Source of the DNA: Candidatus Micrarchaeota archaeon
GTDB lineage: Archaea; Micrarchaeota; Micrarchaeia; Norongarragalinales; Norongarragalinaceae
Assembly: GCA_016212375.1 (NCBI GenBank)
Contig: JACRGH010000044.1
Span: 1,428-65,427, forward strand
DNA length: 64,000 nt
Direction of reading: 5' to 3'
Part shown: positions 19,586 to 28,124 of the stretch, one piece after another
Layout: every line of letters starts with the position of its first letter
Numbering within the stretch: position 1 is the stretch's first letter
The notes under the pieces: generated by a model
What the model saw: the letters and a program-made list of their open reading frames with translations, nothing else
Told to the model about the DNA's origin: nothing
The model's database searches: none
Made by a program: the position numbers and the translations under genes

Positions 19586-20122
19586 ATGGAAGAACCGGGG
19601 CGCATCCATTTTCTGGACCTAGGGGCGGGGCAAAATCCAGATCGGATCAAAGCGCTGGCCATGCGGCATCCGGACCGACGAATCATCGCAGTAGATATCC
19701 ACCCGCTAGGGGATTTTGAACCGCTCCCACCGAACGCGGTATATGTGTCGTCCAATGTCCTGCAGTACCTCAAGACTCTAAAAGAAAAAAGCGTCCAAAT
19801 CGCGAATGCGGATTTCTTGCTCAACGAAATGCCAGATAAAGAAATCATGGAATTAATCCGGCACATCAAGAAGGCATTGGCGCCCAACGGCCGTTTTTAC
19901 ATTAGCGAGGACCGTCAAAACGTTGAAGACATCCGAAGAATGCTGCACCAACATGGGTTTTCCACCCGGGCGCGGGAATTGTCAGCCGAAGAAGCCATGG
20001 AACCGAAAACCTGGTTTACCCAGGAACGAATCCACCATCCCCATCGTTGGAATGAAAGCCGGAAAAACATGCAGGTCACCTGGCCGGTCCGCATCGTTGC
20101 AGTAAAGCGGCAGAAGAGATAA
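19586..20122 (+). CDS. SAM-dependent methyltransferase
   Basis: Motif I FLDLGAGQN with a Rossmann-like layout. Confidence 0.55.
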   Translation: MEEPGRIHFLDLGAGQNPDRIKALAMRHPDRRIIAVDIHPLGDFEPLPPNAVYVSSNVLQYLKTLKEKSVQIANADFLLNEMPDKEIMELIRHIKKALAPNGRFYISEDRQNVEDIRRMLHQHGFSTRARELSAEEAMEPKTWFTQERIHHPHRWNESRKNMQVTWPVRIVAVKRQKR

Positions 20123-20217
20123 TGGGAAAAACAGCCAAAAGGAAAAAAGCCGAAACTGGGCGTTTGAAAGAAAAAAAACCCGAAACGGCGGAAATCAGGA
20201 CCGAAGAGAAAAGCCGA

Positions 20218-20382
20218 TTACTTGGCCCCGCCTTTGGCGTCCTTGCGCTTGACGCGCTTGGGCCGAAGGTTAGGATAATCGCACTTGCGGCACTTAAGGG
20301 CGGCTTTGGGGTTGCGCGCCTTGCACTTCTTGCAGACGATGACGTCCAAAAACGCACGGTCGGCTACTGGAAATTTACCCAT
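20218..20382 (-). CDS. rpl40e: Ribosomal protein eL40
   Basis: MGKFPVADRAFLDVIVCKKCKARNPKAALKCRKCDYPNLRPKR is the C4 zinc-ribbon eL40 signature. The listed ORF extends spuriously upstream. Confidence 0.8.
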   Translation of the reverse strand: MGKFPVADRAFLDVIVCKKCKARNPKAALKCRKCDYPNLRPKRVKRKDAKGGAK

Positions 20383-20534
20383 AAACAAATACACCTTGAA
20401 AGCAAAAACGGCCCAAACACGGCTGAACCGATAAACGCTTGAGTTTTGTTGAAAAAAGAGGTTCTTTAACCTTTTCCGGAACCAAAACGCGACGGGAACG
20501 TACGCATCTGGAGTGGACCGACCCGACGCCCGGT

Positions 20535-20882
20535 TCATTCGAAAACTTTTCCAGCCTTGTTCTTCTCGCGCGGCACCCAGGTCAGTTTCACTTTCTTCGC
20601 TACCACCAAGCGCTTGGCGTCCATCACCAACGGCCGCAAATGCGCGAAGTTGACCTTCCACCCGGCGGTGACCTGGCCCACCAGAAGCTGGCTGTCGGTG
20701 AAAAGGTGGTCGCCGGTTTGAGCCTCTTGGAGGGCGCGAATCAGTGCGGCGTATTCCATCTCGTTGTTGGTCTTATTTTCGTGCAAACGGACGACGATGG
20801 GCGCACGCACATTACCTTCGAAGACGACGGCGTATCCCGAAGTCTTGCCGTTGAAGCCGGAGCCGTCGAGGAAGATGTTCAT
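20535..20882 (-). CDS. rnhA: Ribonuclease HI-like protein. The likely start is MNIFLDGSG
   Basis: DGS...E...D layout (FLDGSG, NNEMEYAAL, TDSQ) typical of RNase H. Confidence 0.6.
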   Translation of the reverse strand: MNIFLDGSGFNGKTSGYAVVFEGNVRAPIVVRLHENKTNNEMEYAALIRALQEAQTGDHLFTDSQLLVGQVTAGWKVNFAHLRPLVMDAKRLVVAKKVKLTWVPREKNKAGKVFE

Positions 20883-20922
20883 CCAAGTTACGAAGAATGC
20901 GTAAGAATAAATAAGCGAAAAA

Positions 20923-22095
20923 ATGATGCATGCCATGGTTTACCGGAAAACACCACGAAAACAGCACGGGTTGCTCACCGCCGTCGCAAACAACGACGTG
21001 GACGCATTGTTGGAATTAAAGGAAAAAGGCAAGCCGATAAACAATGCAACATTGGGACACGCATTACGGATAGCATCGGAAGTCGGAAGCCTAGAATTAA
21101 TACCATTAATTTTCAGCGACATCAAAAAATTAAAAGCGGCAACAAAAACAACGGATGAACAAGGAAAAACAGCACTCCACATCGCTTCGGAAAAAGGACA
21201 TGAAAATTTCGCCGATTTTTTGATTGAAGCCGGGGCCAACGTCAATGTTGCGGACAAGCTAGGACATACGCCACTGCATGCCGCGGCCAAAGAAGGACGA
21301 GCAAACATCATCCGGCTACTCCTCCGGCATAAAGCCGACCCCGAACAAGTTGACGAAAAAGGGGAAACGCCGCTCTACCATGCGGTCGTCTATAACCGAA
21401 TCAATGCAGTCCATGCGTTAGGCGAAAAATCAGACGTCAACCGGCATTTCGAACACCAAACCAACCCATTCGGCCCGGTCAGGGACAAATATGATTTGAA
21501 AATACTCGAAAATCTCGGTTTTCCAAAATTGGAGCAAAGCGAACAGGGAAACACGTTGCTGCATGTCGCCACACTCCGTGGAGATTCGGAAATGGCAACG
21601 GCGCTCATGCACCATGGGGCAGACCCGACCGAGCGCAACGGATACGGGGTGACTCCGATCCATTTGGCGGCCTACCGGGGCGATTTTTCTACGCTAAAAC
21701 AACTCGTGGGAAAAAGTACAAACCGCATCAAAATTAAAGACAACGCAGGCTTCACCCCGCTGCATTATGCGGCAAAAGCGAGATTGGATGATGCGAACGA
21801 ACACACCGAATTGATGGATTGGCTGATTAGCCAGGGGGCGAACGTTTCCGCCGAAAGCCACAAAAAAATTACACCGCTTCACTTGGCAGCAGACCGATAC
21901 GATGCGGAAAAAGCCATGGGATTACTCTTGGAAAAAGGCGCAAGAATCGATGCCCAAGACCACGAAGGCAATACCCCGCTTCATTATGCCGCACAAGGTA
22001 GGAGGAAAAATTTTGACTACTTGGTTTCAAGAGGCGCCGGTACAACAATACGGAATCAAAAGGGGCATCTACCGGCATACGACCGAATGGTTTAA
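20923..22095 (+). CDS. Ankyrin-repeat protein with about nine repeats
   Basis: Repeated G-TPLH-AA...G......LL..GA..N motifs. Confidence 0.8.
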   Translation: MMHAMVYRKTPRKQHGLLTAVANNDVDALLELKEKGKPINNATLGHALRIASEVGSLELIPLIFSDIKKLKAATKTTDEQGKTALHIASEKGHENFADFLIEAGANVNVADKLGHTPLHAAAKEGRANIIRLLLRHKADPEQVDEKGETPLYHAVVYNRINAVHALGEKSDVNRHFEHQTNPFGPVRDKYDLKILENLGFPKLEQSEQGNTLLHVATLRGDSEMATALMHHGADPTERNGYGVTPIHLAAYRGDFSTLKQLVGKSTNRIKIKDNAGFTPLHYAAKARLDDANEHTELMDWLISQGANVSAESHKKITPLHLAADRYDAEKAMGLLLEKGARIDAQDHEGNTPLHYAAQGRRKNFDYLVSRGAGTTIRNQKGHLPAYDRMV

Positions 22096-22105
22096 AAAAA
22101 AGACA

Positions 22106-22177
22106 AGCCCCGGACGAGGATCGAACTCGTGACCCCCTGTTTACGAAACAGGTGCTCTACCGCTGAGCTACCGAGGC
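22106..22177 (-). tRNA. tRNA-Thr (anticodon CGU), no encoded CCA
   Basis: Minus-strand fold: GCCTCGG-TA-GCTC-AGCGGTA-GAGC-A-CCTGT-TTCGTAA-ACAGG-GGGTC-ACGAG-TTCGATC-CTCGT-CCGGGGC-T. Confidence 0.85.
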
Positions 22178-22212
22178 AACTTGTTAATTCTTTTTTGCTT
22201 CCTTTTTGTTTG

Positions 22213-22346
22213 TTTTCTTTTCGGCAGGCCGCATTTCCCGGGCAAACGCATCTGCGTTTGCTGGGCCCCGCAAAGCCGAATGCTTTGCGCGGGTCTTTTC
22301 AAAAAAGAAAAGGCGACCGTGTCTGTACCGCTGAGCTACCGAGGCG
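22213..22346 (-). repeat. Promoter-proximal module upstream of tRNA-Thr(CGU), plus a 21-nt duplicate of the tRNA 5' end (22326-22346)
   Basis: In RNA sense: GCCTCGGTAGCTCAGCGGTA | CAGACACGGTCGCC | half hairpin CTTTTC-AAAAAA-GAAAAG | 63-bp nested palindromic insert | ATGCGGCCTGCCGAAAAGAAAAC | ~45 nt | tRNA. Confidence 0.7.
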
Positions 22347-22417
22347 TCTTGAGCAAAACCATCGACCCTGCCGGGTACGATGGCAAACTGGTTTTATCTA
22401 TCGACAATCTTTGAGCA

Positions 22418-23224
22418 ATGGCGGTTACTTACGCAACCGGCGGCAAACATACTGAGCCAACGGGTGCACAAAAAGGCGCAATTGCGAACTTTGTTAATGG
22501 AACAATGCGTTCTAAAACGTTTTCTTTGAAGCCGAAATCGCGGTTGGGTAAAGCTTTAGATATCCGCCAAACCACCATTGCGATTATGTTCGACCCCCAC
22601 ATCTGGAAAAAGCTCCGCCGCGGGCCCCAAGTCATCCTGCTAAAGGATGCGGCCATGATTTCTGCATTGACAGGCCTCCAAAGCGGTGACCGCGTCATCG
22701 ACTGCGGCGCGGGCTCCGGGTTTTTGTCCTGCTATTTGGGCTCCATCGTCGCGCCGGCAGGCAAAGTCTACGCGTACGAAAAGCGCGAAGAATTCCAACA
22801 ATTGTCCGCCAAGAACGTGGAAAAGGCCCGCTTGTCGGACGTGGTGGACGTCAAACTCAAAGACAACGTCCTAGAGAGCGGTTTTGAAGAAAAAGACGTC
22901 GACTTGGTCACCTTGGACATGGGCGATTCGCACCTGGCATTACCACATGCGTTTGCCGCGCTGAAAGGCGGCGGGTTTTGCGTCGGCTACCTCCCGCATG
23001 CCGAACAGGTGCAGACCTTTGTGAAAGCGGCATTGGTAGCCGGGTTTGAGCAGGGCGAAACCATCGAGGTCATCGTGCGGCCCATGTTGGTAAGGGAGAG
23101 GGGCTTCCGTCCCGAGAACTCGGGGTTGTTGCACACGGCATACTTGACGTTTCTCCGAAAGCCGCGCTCCGGCCCACACACGCCGAAGCAACCGCACGTC
23201 CAAGACGCGACGAAAACCACTTAA
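22418..23224 (+). CDS. trmI: tRNA (m1A) methyltransferase TrmI/Gcd14 family. The start codon is uncertain; internal Mets are at residues 30, 47 and 70
   Basis: DCGAGSGFLS SAM motif, VYAYEKREEF, and a C-terminal TrmI-type domain. Confidence 0.6.
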   Translation: MAVTYATGGKHTEPTGAQKGAIANFVNGTMRSKTFSLKPKSRLGKALDIRQTTIAIMFDPHIWKKLRRGPQVILLKDAAMISALTGLQSGDRVIDCGAGSGFLSCYLGSIVAPAGKVYAYEKREEFQQLSAKNVEKARLSDVVDVKLKDNVLESGFEEKDVDLVTLDMGDSHLALPHAFAALKGGGFCVGYLPHAEQVQTFVKAALVAGFEQGETIEVIVRPMLVRERGFRPENSGLLHTAYLTFLRKPRSGPHTPKQPHVQDATKTT

Positions 23225-23247
23225 GCAACGGCATCATTCTTGACACC

Positions 23248-24366
23248 ATGGAAAAAAGCGCTACCGGCGGACTCAGTTTACTCCTAGTGTCGGTGTTTCT
23301 TTTTTCGGCGTCACTCCAGGCCGCAACGTCCGCGTCCAACGCCATCCCATCCTGCCCCAATAACCAAGTGTGCATGTTTTACGGCGCGTCTTTGGAAAAA
23401 AACACACCCGGACCTTCCGGCACCGGGTTTTCCACCTCGAAATTCGTCTGCCCGGTCAATATCCCCATCACCGGCACGTTCGGCGCCCCATATACCAACG
23501 CCAATGGAGAAACCCGCAGACGGCCCGGAATCGAAATGCGGGTGCCGGAAAACACGGACGTTAAATCTCCGGCAGCGGGAAAAGTGCTGGAGACCGGTTT
23601 TGAACAAACCGGTGCCGGACATTTCATCCTCATCCGCCACGCGACAAATCCCAACGTGGAGAGCAAAATCGGTTACCTGCAAGGACCGTCCACCAAACGG
23701 GGGGGAGAATCGGTCAAAGCGGGCGAAACAATAGGCAAATCCGGAAAAAGCGGTGCCGCGCTATGGCCCTCAGTTTATTTCGAACTGACACGCGCCACCA
23801 TTCCACAAATCGAGGTAGAAGACATCTGTAAATCCACCCCCGTCGTGTCAAGTTCGACCGTTGCTCCGGTAAAGGCGACGGTTGCAGGCCGAGTGGACTG
23901 TACGCAATTTTCGAACAATCCGGTGCCGGAGTCCTGGAGCGTCGTGCCGGGCGGCCGCTTCGGCAGCCAACGGGCGTACCCGGGCGGACACAGCGGATTC
24001 GATTACGGGGGATTCAACTGCGGGCAACCCGTCAAAGCGGTTTGGGCAGGCCAAGTGCGATACTACCGGAACACCGCTGCAGGCTACGGCAACGAAGTTT
24101 CCATCAAAACCGCGTGCACCGACGGGACTGAAAAAATTGTGACGTACGACCACCTCCAGGGGTTCAACGCGGCCGTATTGGACAAAGGTGCAGTACAAGC
24201 CGGAGACGTCATCGCCTACCTTGGAAATACCGGAGGCAACTATGAATGCCACTTGCACGTCAACGTCTTTGCATCGCCATTTCGAATCCAAAACGGATTG
24301 GATGCCGGCAACGTCATGAATCCAGAAGGACTGGTCAGGGGCGGCTTGCAGGGCCATTTGGCATAA
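23248..24366 (+). CDS. Secreted protein with a degenerate LytM-like domain and a C-terminal catalytic M23 peptidase domain
   Basis: Signal peptide; HSGFDYG (HxxxD) and CHLHVNV (HxH) zinc motifs in the C-terminal half; Cys pairs; paralog of 24463-25563. Confidence 0.7.
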   Translation: MEKSATGGLSLLLVSVFLFSASLQAATSASNAIPSCPNNQVCMFYGASLEKNTPGPSGTGFSTSKFVCPVNIPITGTFGAPYTNANGETRRRPGIEMRVPENTDVKSPAAGKVLETGFEQTGAGHFILIRHATNPNVESKIGYLQGPSTKRGGESVKAGETIGKSGKSGAALWPSVYFELTRATIPQIEVEDICKSTPVVSSSTVAPVKATVAGRVDCTQFSNNPVPESWSVVPGGRFGSQRAYPGGHSGFDYGGFNCGQPVKAVWAGQVRYYRNTAAGYGNEVSIKTACTDGTEKIVTYDHLQGFNAAVLDKGAVQAGDVIAYLGNTGGNYECHLHVNVFASPFRIQNGLDAGNVMNPEGLVRGGLQGHLA

Positions 24367-24462
24367 ACATACACATTCCACCATCACGAAATCCACCGCA
24401 TGCAGTTCAATAAAGATGCCGGAAACTGAACGGTTTTAAGTCCGGCTTGCATCGATTGATTC

Positions 24463-25563
24463 ATGCACGCGCGATGGACCGGAGCCATTTTTTTCCTAGG
24501 CTTGCTATTTATTGCGACATCCGTACAGGCCGCAACCATGCCAACGTGTCCGGCCAACCAGGTCTGCTTCTTTTACGGTGCCAGTTTGGAAAAAACGGCA
24601 AGCCAAAAATCGTTTTCGACCACCGGATTTTCCTGCCCGGTGGCGGCGGCCATAACCGTTCCGTTCAGCCACGCACGAAACGCCAATGGCAAAATCCGGG
24701 CCCATTTGGGCATCGGCTTGGACACACCCGTAGGCACGGCCGTGAAAGCGGCGGCGAACGGGAAAGTCATACAGACTCCGACCGATTATTCGGATTTAGG
24801 CACCGTCATCATTCTGCGCCATTCGGATAATCCCAAAGTGGAAACCCAATACGGCCACCTGCAAAAAGCCAATGTTAGACCCGGCGACACCGTCAAAAAA
24901 GGCGACATCATCGGATTATCAGGCCAAAGCGGACAGGGCACAGACAGGCCGATGCTGTATTTTGAACTGGACCGCGACGGCAATCCCAGCTCGGAAGTGC
25001 AGGACATCTGCAAGAACGCCTATGTGGCGCCGGCTCCGATAAGCAAACCCGGTCAAACCCCAAAACCGGCTATTCCAAATTCAGGCAATAGCGTGGTGGG
25101 CGGTCCATCGCTCGGAACCACTCAAATTCTGAGCATCCTAAAAGCGGTACGCTCGCCAGCGGCCGATGCGGACACGGCAACGTGTTTCTATGAAAAAAGC
25201 CAGCAGTACAACATCGATGTCGCGTATATGCTCGCGTTTTTTGGGCAAGAATCCACATGGGGAACAGCATCCGGCTACGCCAGCACGCATACCGTTGGTA
25301 ACATCGTCAAAAACGCACCGGGAAGCTACTTATGCGATCAGGCATCCAATGGCCGGTTTTGTTCCTACAGCAGTTGGTGCCGGGGTGCAGAGCATTGGTA
25401 TTACTACATCAAAAATTCGCCACTTTATCTGCCCCAGGGTAAAACGACACCGGAACAAATCATCCCGATTTACGCGCCCGCCAGTGAAAATAACGTGGGA
25501 TCGTACGTCGCATTCGTCAACCGGTGCGTAACCAATTGGAGAGCGGGTTCTTCGATCTGTTGA
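24463..25563 (+). CDS. Secreted protein with an N-terminal LytM/M23-like domain and a C-terminal glucosaminidase-like domain
   Basis: Signal peptide; the N-terminal module shared with 23248 (CP.NQVC.FYGASLEK...F.CPV); C-terminal AFFGQESTWGTASGYASTHTVGNIVKN resembles the N-acetylglucosaminidase family. Confidence 0.55.
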   Translation: MHARWTGAIFFLGLLFIATSVQAATMPTCPANQVCFFYGASLEKTASQKSFSTTGFSCPVAAAITVPFSHARNANGKIRAHLGIGLDTPVGTAVKAAANGKVIQTPTDYSDLGTVIILRHSDNPKVETQYGHLQKANVRPGDTVKKGDIIGLSGQSGQGTDRPMLYFELDRDGNPSSEVQDICKNAYVAPAPISKPGQTPKPAIPNSGNSVVGGPSLGTTQILSILKAVRSPAADADTATCFYEKSQQYNIDVAYMLAFFGQESTWGTASGYASTHTVGNIVKNAPGSYLCDQASNGRFCSYSSWCRGAEHWYYYIKNSPLYLPQGKTTPEQIIPIYAPASENNVGSYVAFVNRCVTNWRAGSSIC

Positions 25564-25585
25564 GAAAAAAATTGAAAGACAGAAT

Positions 25586-25921
25586 TTACCCGTTGCTAGG
25601 ATGCTCGTCGGAGTACAACCACGCGCCGATCAGGACACGGCCGATTCGGCCCATCTGCCATAAAACGGCGTCGTCCGGGGAGACGATGGTCGAACCAATC
25701 GCTTCCAACGCCAGGTAAAGGCCGATCCATTTGGCGTAGCTTTTTGGCAGTTTTCCGACCACCAAAAGCAAGCCCACAGTCAGCCGCACGATGCGGCCCA
25801 CGGCGAACAGCAAAATCAAGTCCGTGGAATAGACCAAACTGATGAGGGCATCCACGATGAGAAAAACGCCGGCCAAAAGGTGGACGCGGCGGTCGTTGAA
25901 GTCAAGGCCGAAACGTTTCAC
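25586..25921 (-). CDS. Hypothetical membrane protein (three transmembrane helices)
   Basis: Hydrophobic segments only. Confidence 0.35.
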   Translation of the reverse strand: MKRFGLDFNDRRVHLLAGVFLIVDALISLVYSTDLILLFAVGRIVRLTVGLLLVVGKLPKSYAKWIGLYLALEAIGSTIVSPDDAVLWQMGRIGRVLIGAWLYSDEHPSNG

Positions 25922-26013
25922 GGACGATTAAGGATGAAGCCGGTTAAAAAAAGCGGTTGAAAATGCGCCTGGAAAAAAGTATAGAAAAACGACGACAGAT
26001 GCTAATTGGAAAA

Positions 26014-26040
26014 AAAGAAGCCCCCGACGCGAAGTGCAAC
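26014..26040 (-). repeat. Degenerate duplicate of the 3' end of tRNA-Thr(GGU) (TTCGCGTCGGGGGCT), with a conserved leader
   Basis: Minus-strand GGACTAAGGGGCGCTTCCCGTGGTCC...TTCGCGTCGGGGGCTTC. The leader resembles the GGACTATAGGGGGTGCTCCCCCTGTGGTCC found beside the 18475 repeat. Confidence 0.5.
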
Positions 26041-26127
26041 CCGGACCACGGGAAGCGCCCCTTAGTCCCAGGTTCCCCCGAACCCCCAACGAATGCTCGC
26101 GAATCACAAAATGAAAGAAAAAGAAAG

Positions 26128-26239
26128 AGCCCCCGACGCGAATTGAACGCGCGACCTCGTCCTTTTCGGAAAAGCCAATGGCAAAGTGCCGTTTGCTTTC
26201 TTACCATGGACGCGCTCTACCAGGCTGAGCTACAGGGGC
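26128..26239 (-). tRNA. tRNA-Thr (anticodon GGU) with a ~39-nt intron at or near the canonical 37/38 position
   Basis: GCCCCTG-TA-GCTC-AGCCTGGTA-GAGC-G-CGTCC-AUGGUAA-[intron GAAAGCAAACGGCACUUUGCCAUUGGCUUUUCCGAAAAG]-GGACG-AGGTC-GCGCG-TTCAATT-CGCGT-CGGGGGC-T. Confidence 0.75.
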
Positions 26240-26273
26240 AACTCGGTTACTCTTGATTTTTTCCTTTTTCTTC

Positions 26274-26355
26274 GTTTTCTTTTTCGGCAGGCCGCATTTT
26301 TCTTTTCGCAAAAGAAAAAGGCGACCGCGCCTGTACCAGGCTGAGCTACAGGGGC
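26274..26355 (-). repeat. Promoter-proximal module upstream of tRNA-Thr(GGU), plus a 22-nt duplicate of the tRNA 5' end (26334-26355)
   Basis: In RNA sense: GCCCCTGTAGCTCAGCCTGGTA | CAGGCGCGGTCGCC | hairpin TTTTTCTTTT-GCG-AAAAGAAAAA | TGCGGCCTGCCGAAAAAGAAAAC | ~35 nt | tRNA. Confidence 0.7.
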
Positions 26356-26625
26356 AATGGGCAAAGTCGATCGGACTGCCGCCAACATCGACAAGCTTCG
26401 ATACTAGTTCGTCGTGTTTTTCGGCATTGAAGCAAAGACGTTTGCAACCGCCGGTGACGCGACAAAAAAGGAAAACAAACTGGGGAGTTGGGGGTAAAAA
26501 AACCCTCCTACGGCCCGAAACGGGATGCTAAAAACGGGATGTAAAGGAAAAGGGGAAAAAGAAAAGATTTTGCCGGAAAACCGGCGTCAAAAAGGAGTCA
26601 ATCGTTCTAACGGACGTCGTGCCGT

Positions 26626-27402
26626 TTAACCCAACTGGGCGTCCAGCGTCTGCTGGAACACCGAGTACGGCTGCGCGCCGACCAATTGCGTGGATTTACC
26701 GGATTTGTCCACGATGAAGAACGTGGGCGTGCCTTGGACGCCGTAGCTCAAACCCAGGTTCTGATCCGAGGTGACTTCGGCATCATACGGCTTCTTGGCA
26801 AAACAATCGGCGAATTTTGCCGCATCCACGCCCGCGCTCTTGGCATAGGTGGCGTAAATCGATTCGTTGACTAAAGTGCCCACGTTGATGACGTCGATGT
26901 TGTCGTAGACGGCATTGTGGAATTTCCAGAACGCCGCATTGCTACCCACGCGGAACGCGCACAATGCGGCATTGGCGGCCGGGCGGGCGTTGGGGTGGAT
27001 TTGGTCCAACGGGAAGTGCATATAGATGAACTTGATCTTACCGGTGTCGACGTAATTCTTGATGAGCTGACCTTCCGAATCCGAGTAGAACCGGGCGCAG
27101 AACGGACACTGCAAATCGGAAAACTCAACCACCGTCAGGGGGGCATCGGCCTTTCCGAGGAACGGCTTGTCAGCGGCGGCGGATAAGTCAAACTTGGTCG
27201 GAGCCGCGGCAGTGGGTGCCGGCGTGGGCTGCAATTGTTGGCCGCTTCCGGAACCGCTTCCACCGGATGGCGCAGCGGCGGTCAGCTGGATTTTGGATAA
27301 ACCGGTGCTGATGGTGGTGCCGGCGGACCAGACGGCAACGGATAACATGAGGGACGATATAACCACGGCAATGGCCAGGATCAGTATAGTTTTTTCAGTC
27401 AT
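26626..27402 (-). CDS. Membrane-anchored DsbA-like thiol:disulfide oxidoreductase (thioredoxin fold)
   Basis: N-terminal transmembrane helix, a Gly/Ser/Pro linker and a CPFC active site. Confidence 0.7.
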   Translation of the reverse strand: MTEKTILILAIAVVISSLMLSVAVWSAGTTISTGLSKIQLTAAAPSGGSGSGSGQQLQPTPAPTAAAPTKFDLSAAADKPFLGKADAPLTVVEFSDLQCPFCARFYSDSEGQLIKNYVDTGKIKFIYMHFPLDQIHPNARPAANAALCAFRVGSNAAFWKFHNAVYDNIDVINVGTLVNESIYATYAKSAGVDAAKFADCFAKKPYDAEVTSDQNLGLSYGVQGTPTFFIVDKSGKSTQLVGAQPYSVFQQTLDAQLG

Positions 27403-27716
27403 ATTGTATTAACGACCTCCATCTGATTGTTCAAAAAATGATTGTGACGGAACAGGCGCACCCCTAAAAGCAATTGTCAATGGAATGGCAAAGACAACGA
27501 CACGAAGGCGCACCGATTCCCACCCAACCGGTTGGTTAGTTATCCGATATCCGTTATTTTAAATGTTGGGATTTGGTCAAGGCAACGCGCCAACCAAAGC
27601 TTTTTCTTCGGACCTAAATTATACATCACCATAACAACCAACAACCACCCGGTTCATGCACAACCCATGATATGGAACAGATAGGATATTGAATAGAGTA
27701 CGAGGGGAGCACGCAC

Positions 27717-28124
27717 ATGCAAAAGGAAGAATTCGAAGTATCCAAACGCCTCCTGATCGAGTACAACGTCAGTTTGTCCCTATTGAAGGAATTGGATGAG
27801 TTCTTGCACAGCATCCAGGAGTTTTCGCAGTATCTGGGCACCAACCAGTACTATTCCGACGGCGTCAACAAGAAAATCTTTTTGATGACCCTGGACGTGG
27901 ACACCCTCATCCTCCGGTTGCAACGGTTGCACCTGAACGCCACGGAATTCCAGGACGTCCTGTTTAAAGGCGTCTTAAGCAAGAAAAAAACGACGCTTGA
28001 TGCCAAAAAAGTGGCGGCATACCAAAGCGAATTCACAATCATCATGGCCGATGTCAACGCCTTGCACCAGCGCGCCATGGAATTGACGCAGGACATCCGG
28101 GCGGATTATTCGCGAAAGCTCTAA
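27717..28124 (+). CDS. Hypothetical protein
   Basis: ORF only. Confidence 0.3.
   Translation: MQKEEFEVSKRLLIEYNVSLSLLKELDEFLHSIQEFSQYLGTNQYYSDGVNKKIFLMTLDVDTLILRLQRLHLNATEFQDVLFKGVLSKKKTTLDAKKVAAYQSEFTIIMADVNALHQRAMELTQDIRADYSRKL

Noticed and set aside
22129-22455. A 108-aa plus-strand ORF and a 77-aa ORF overlapping the tRNA-Thr region
   Set aside because: They overlap a confidently folded tRNA and the module and palindrome repeats. The translation is an artefact.
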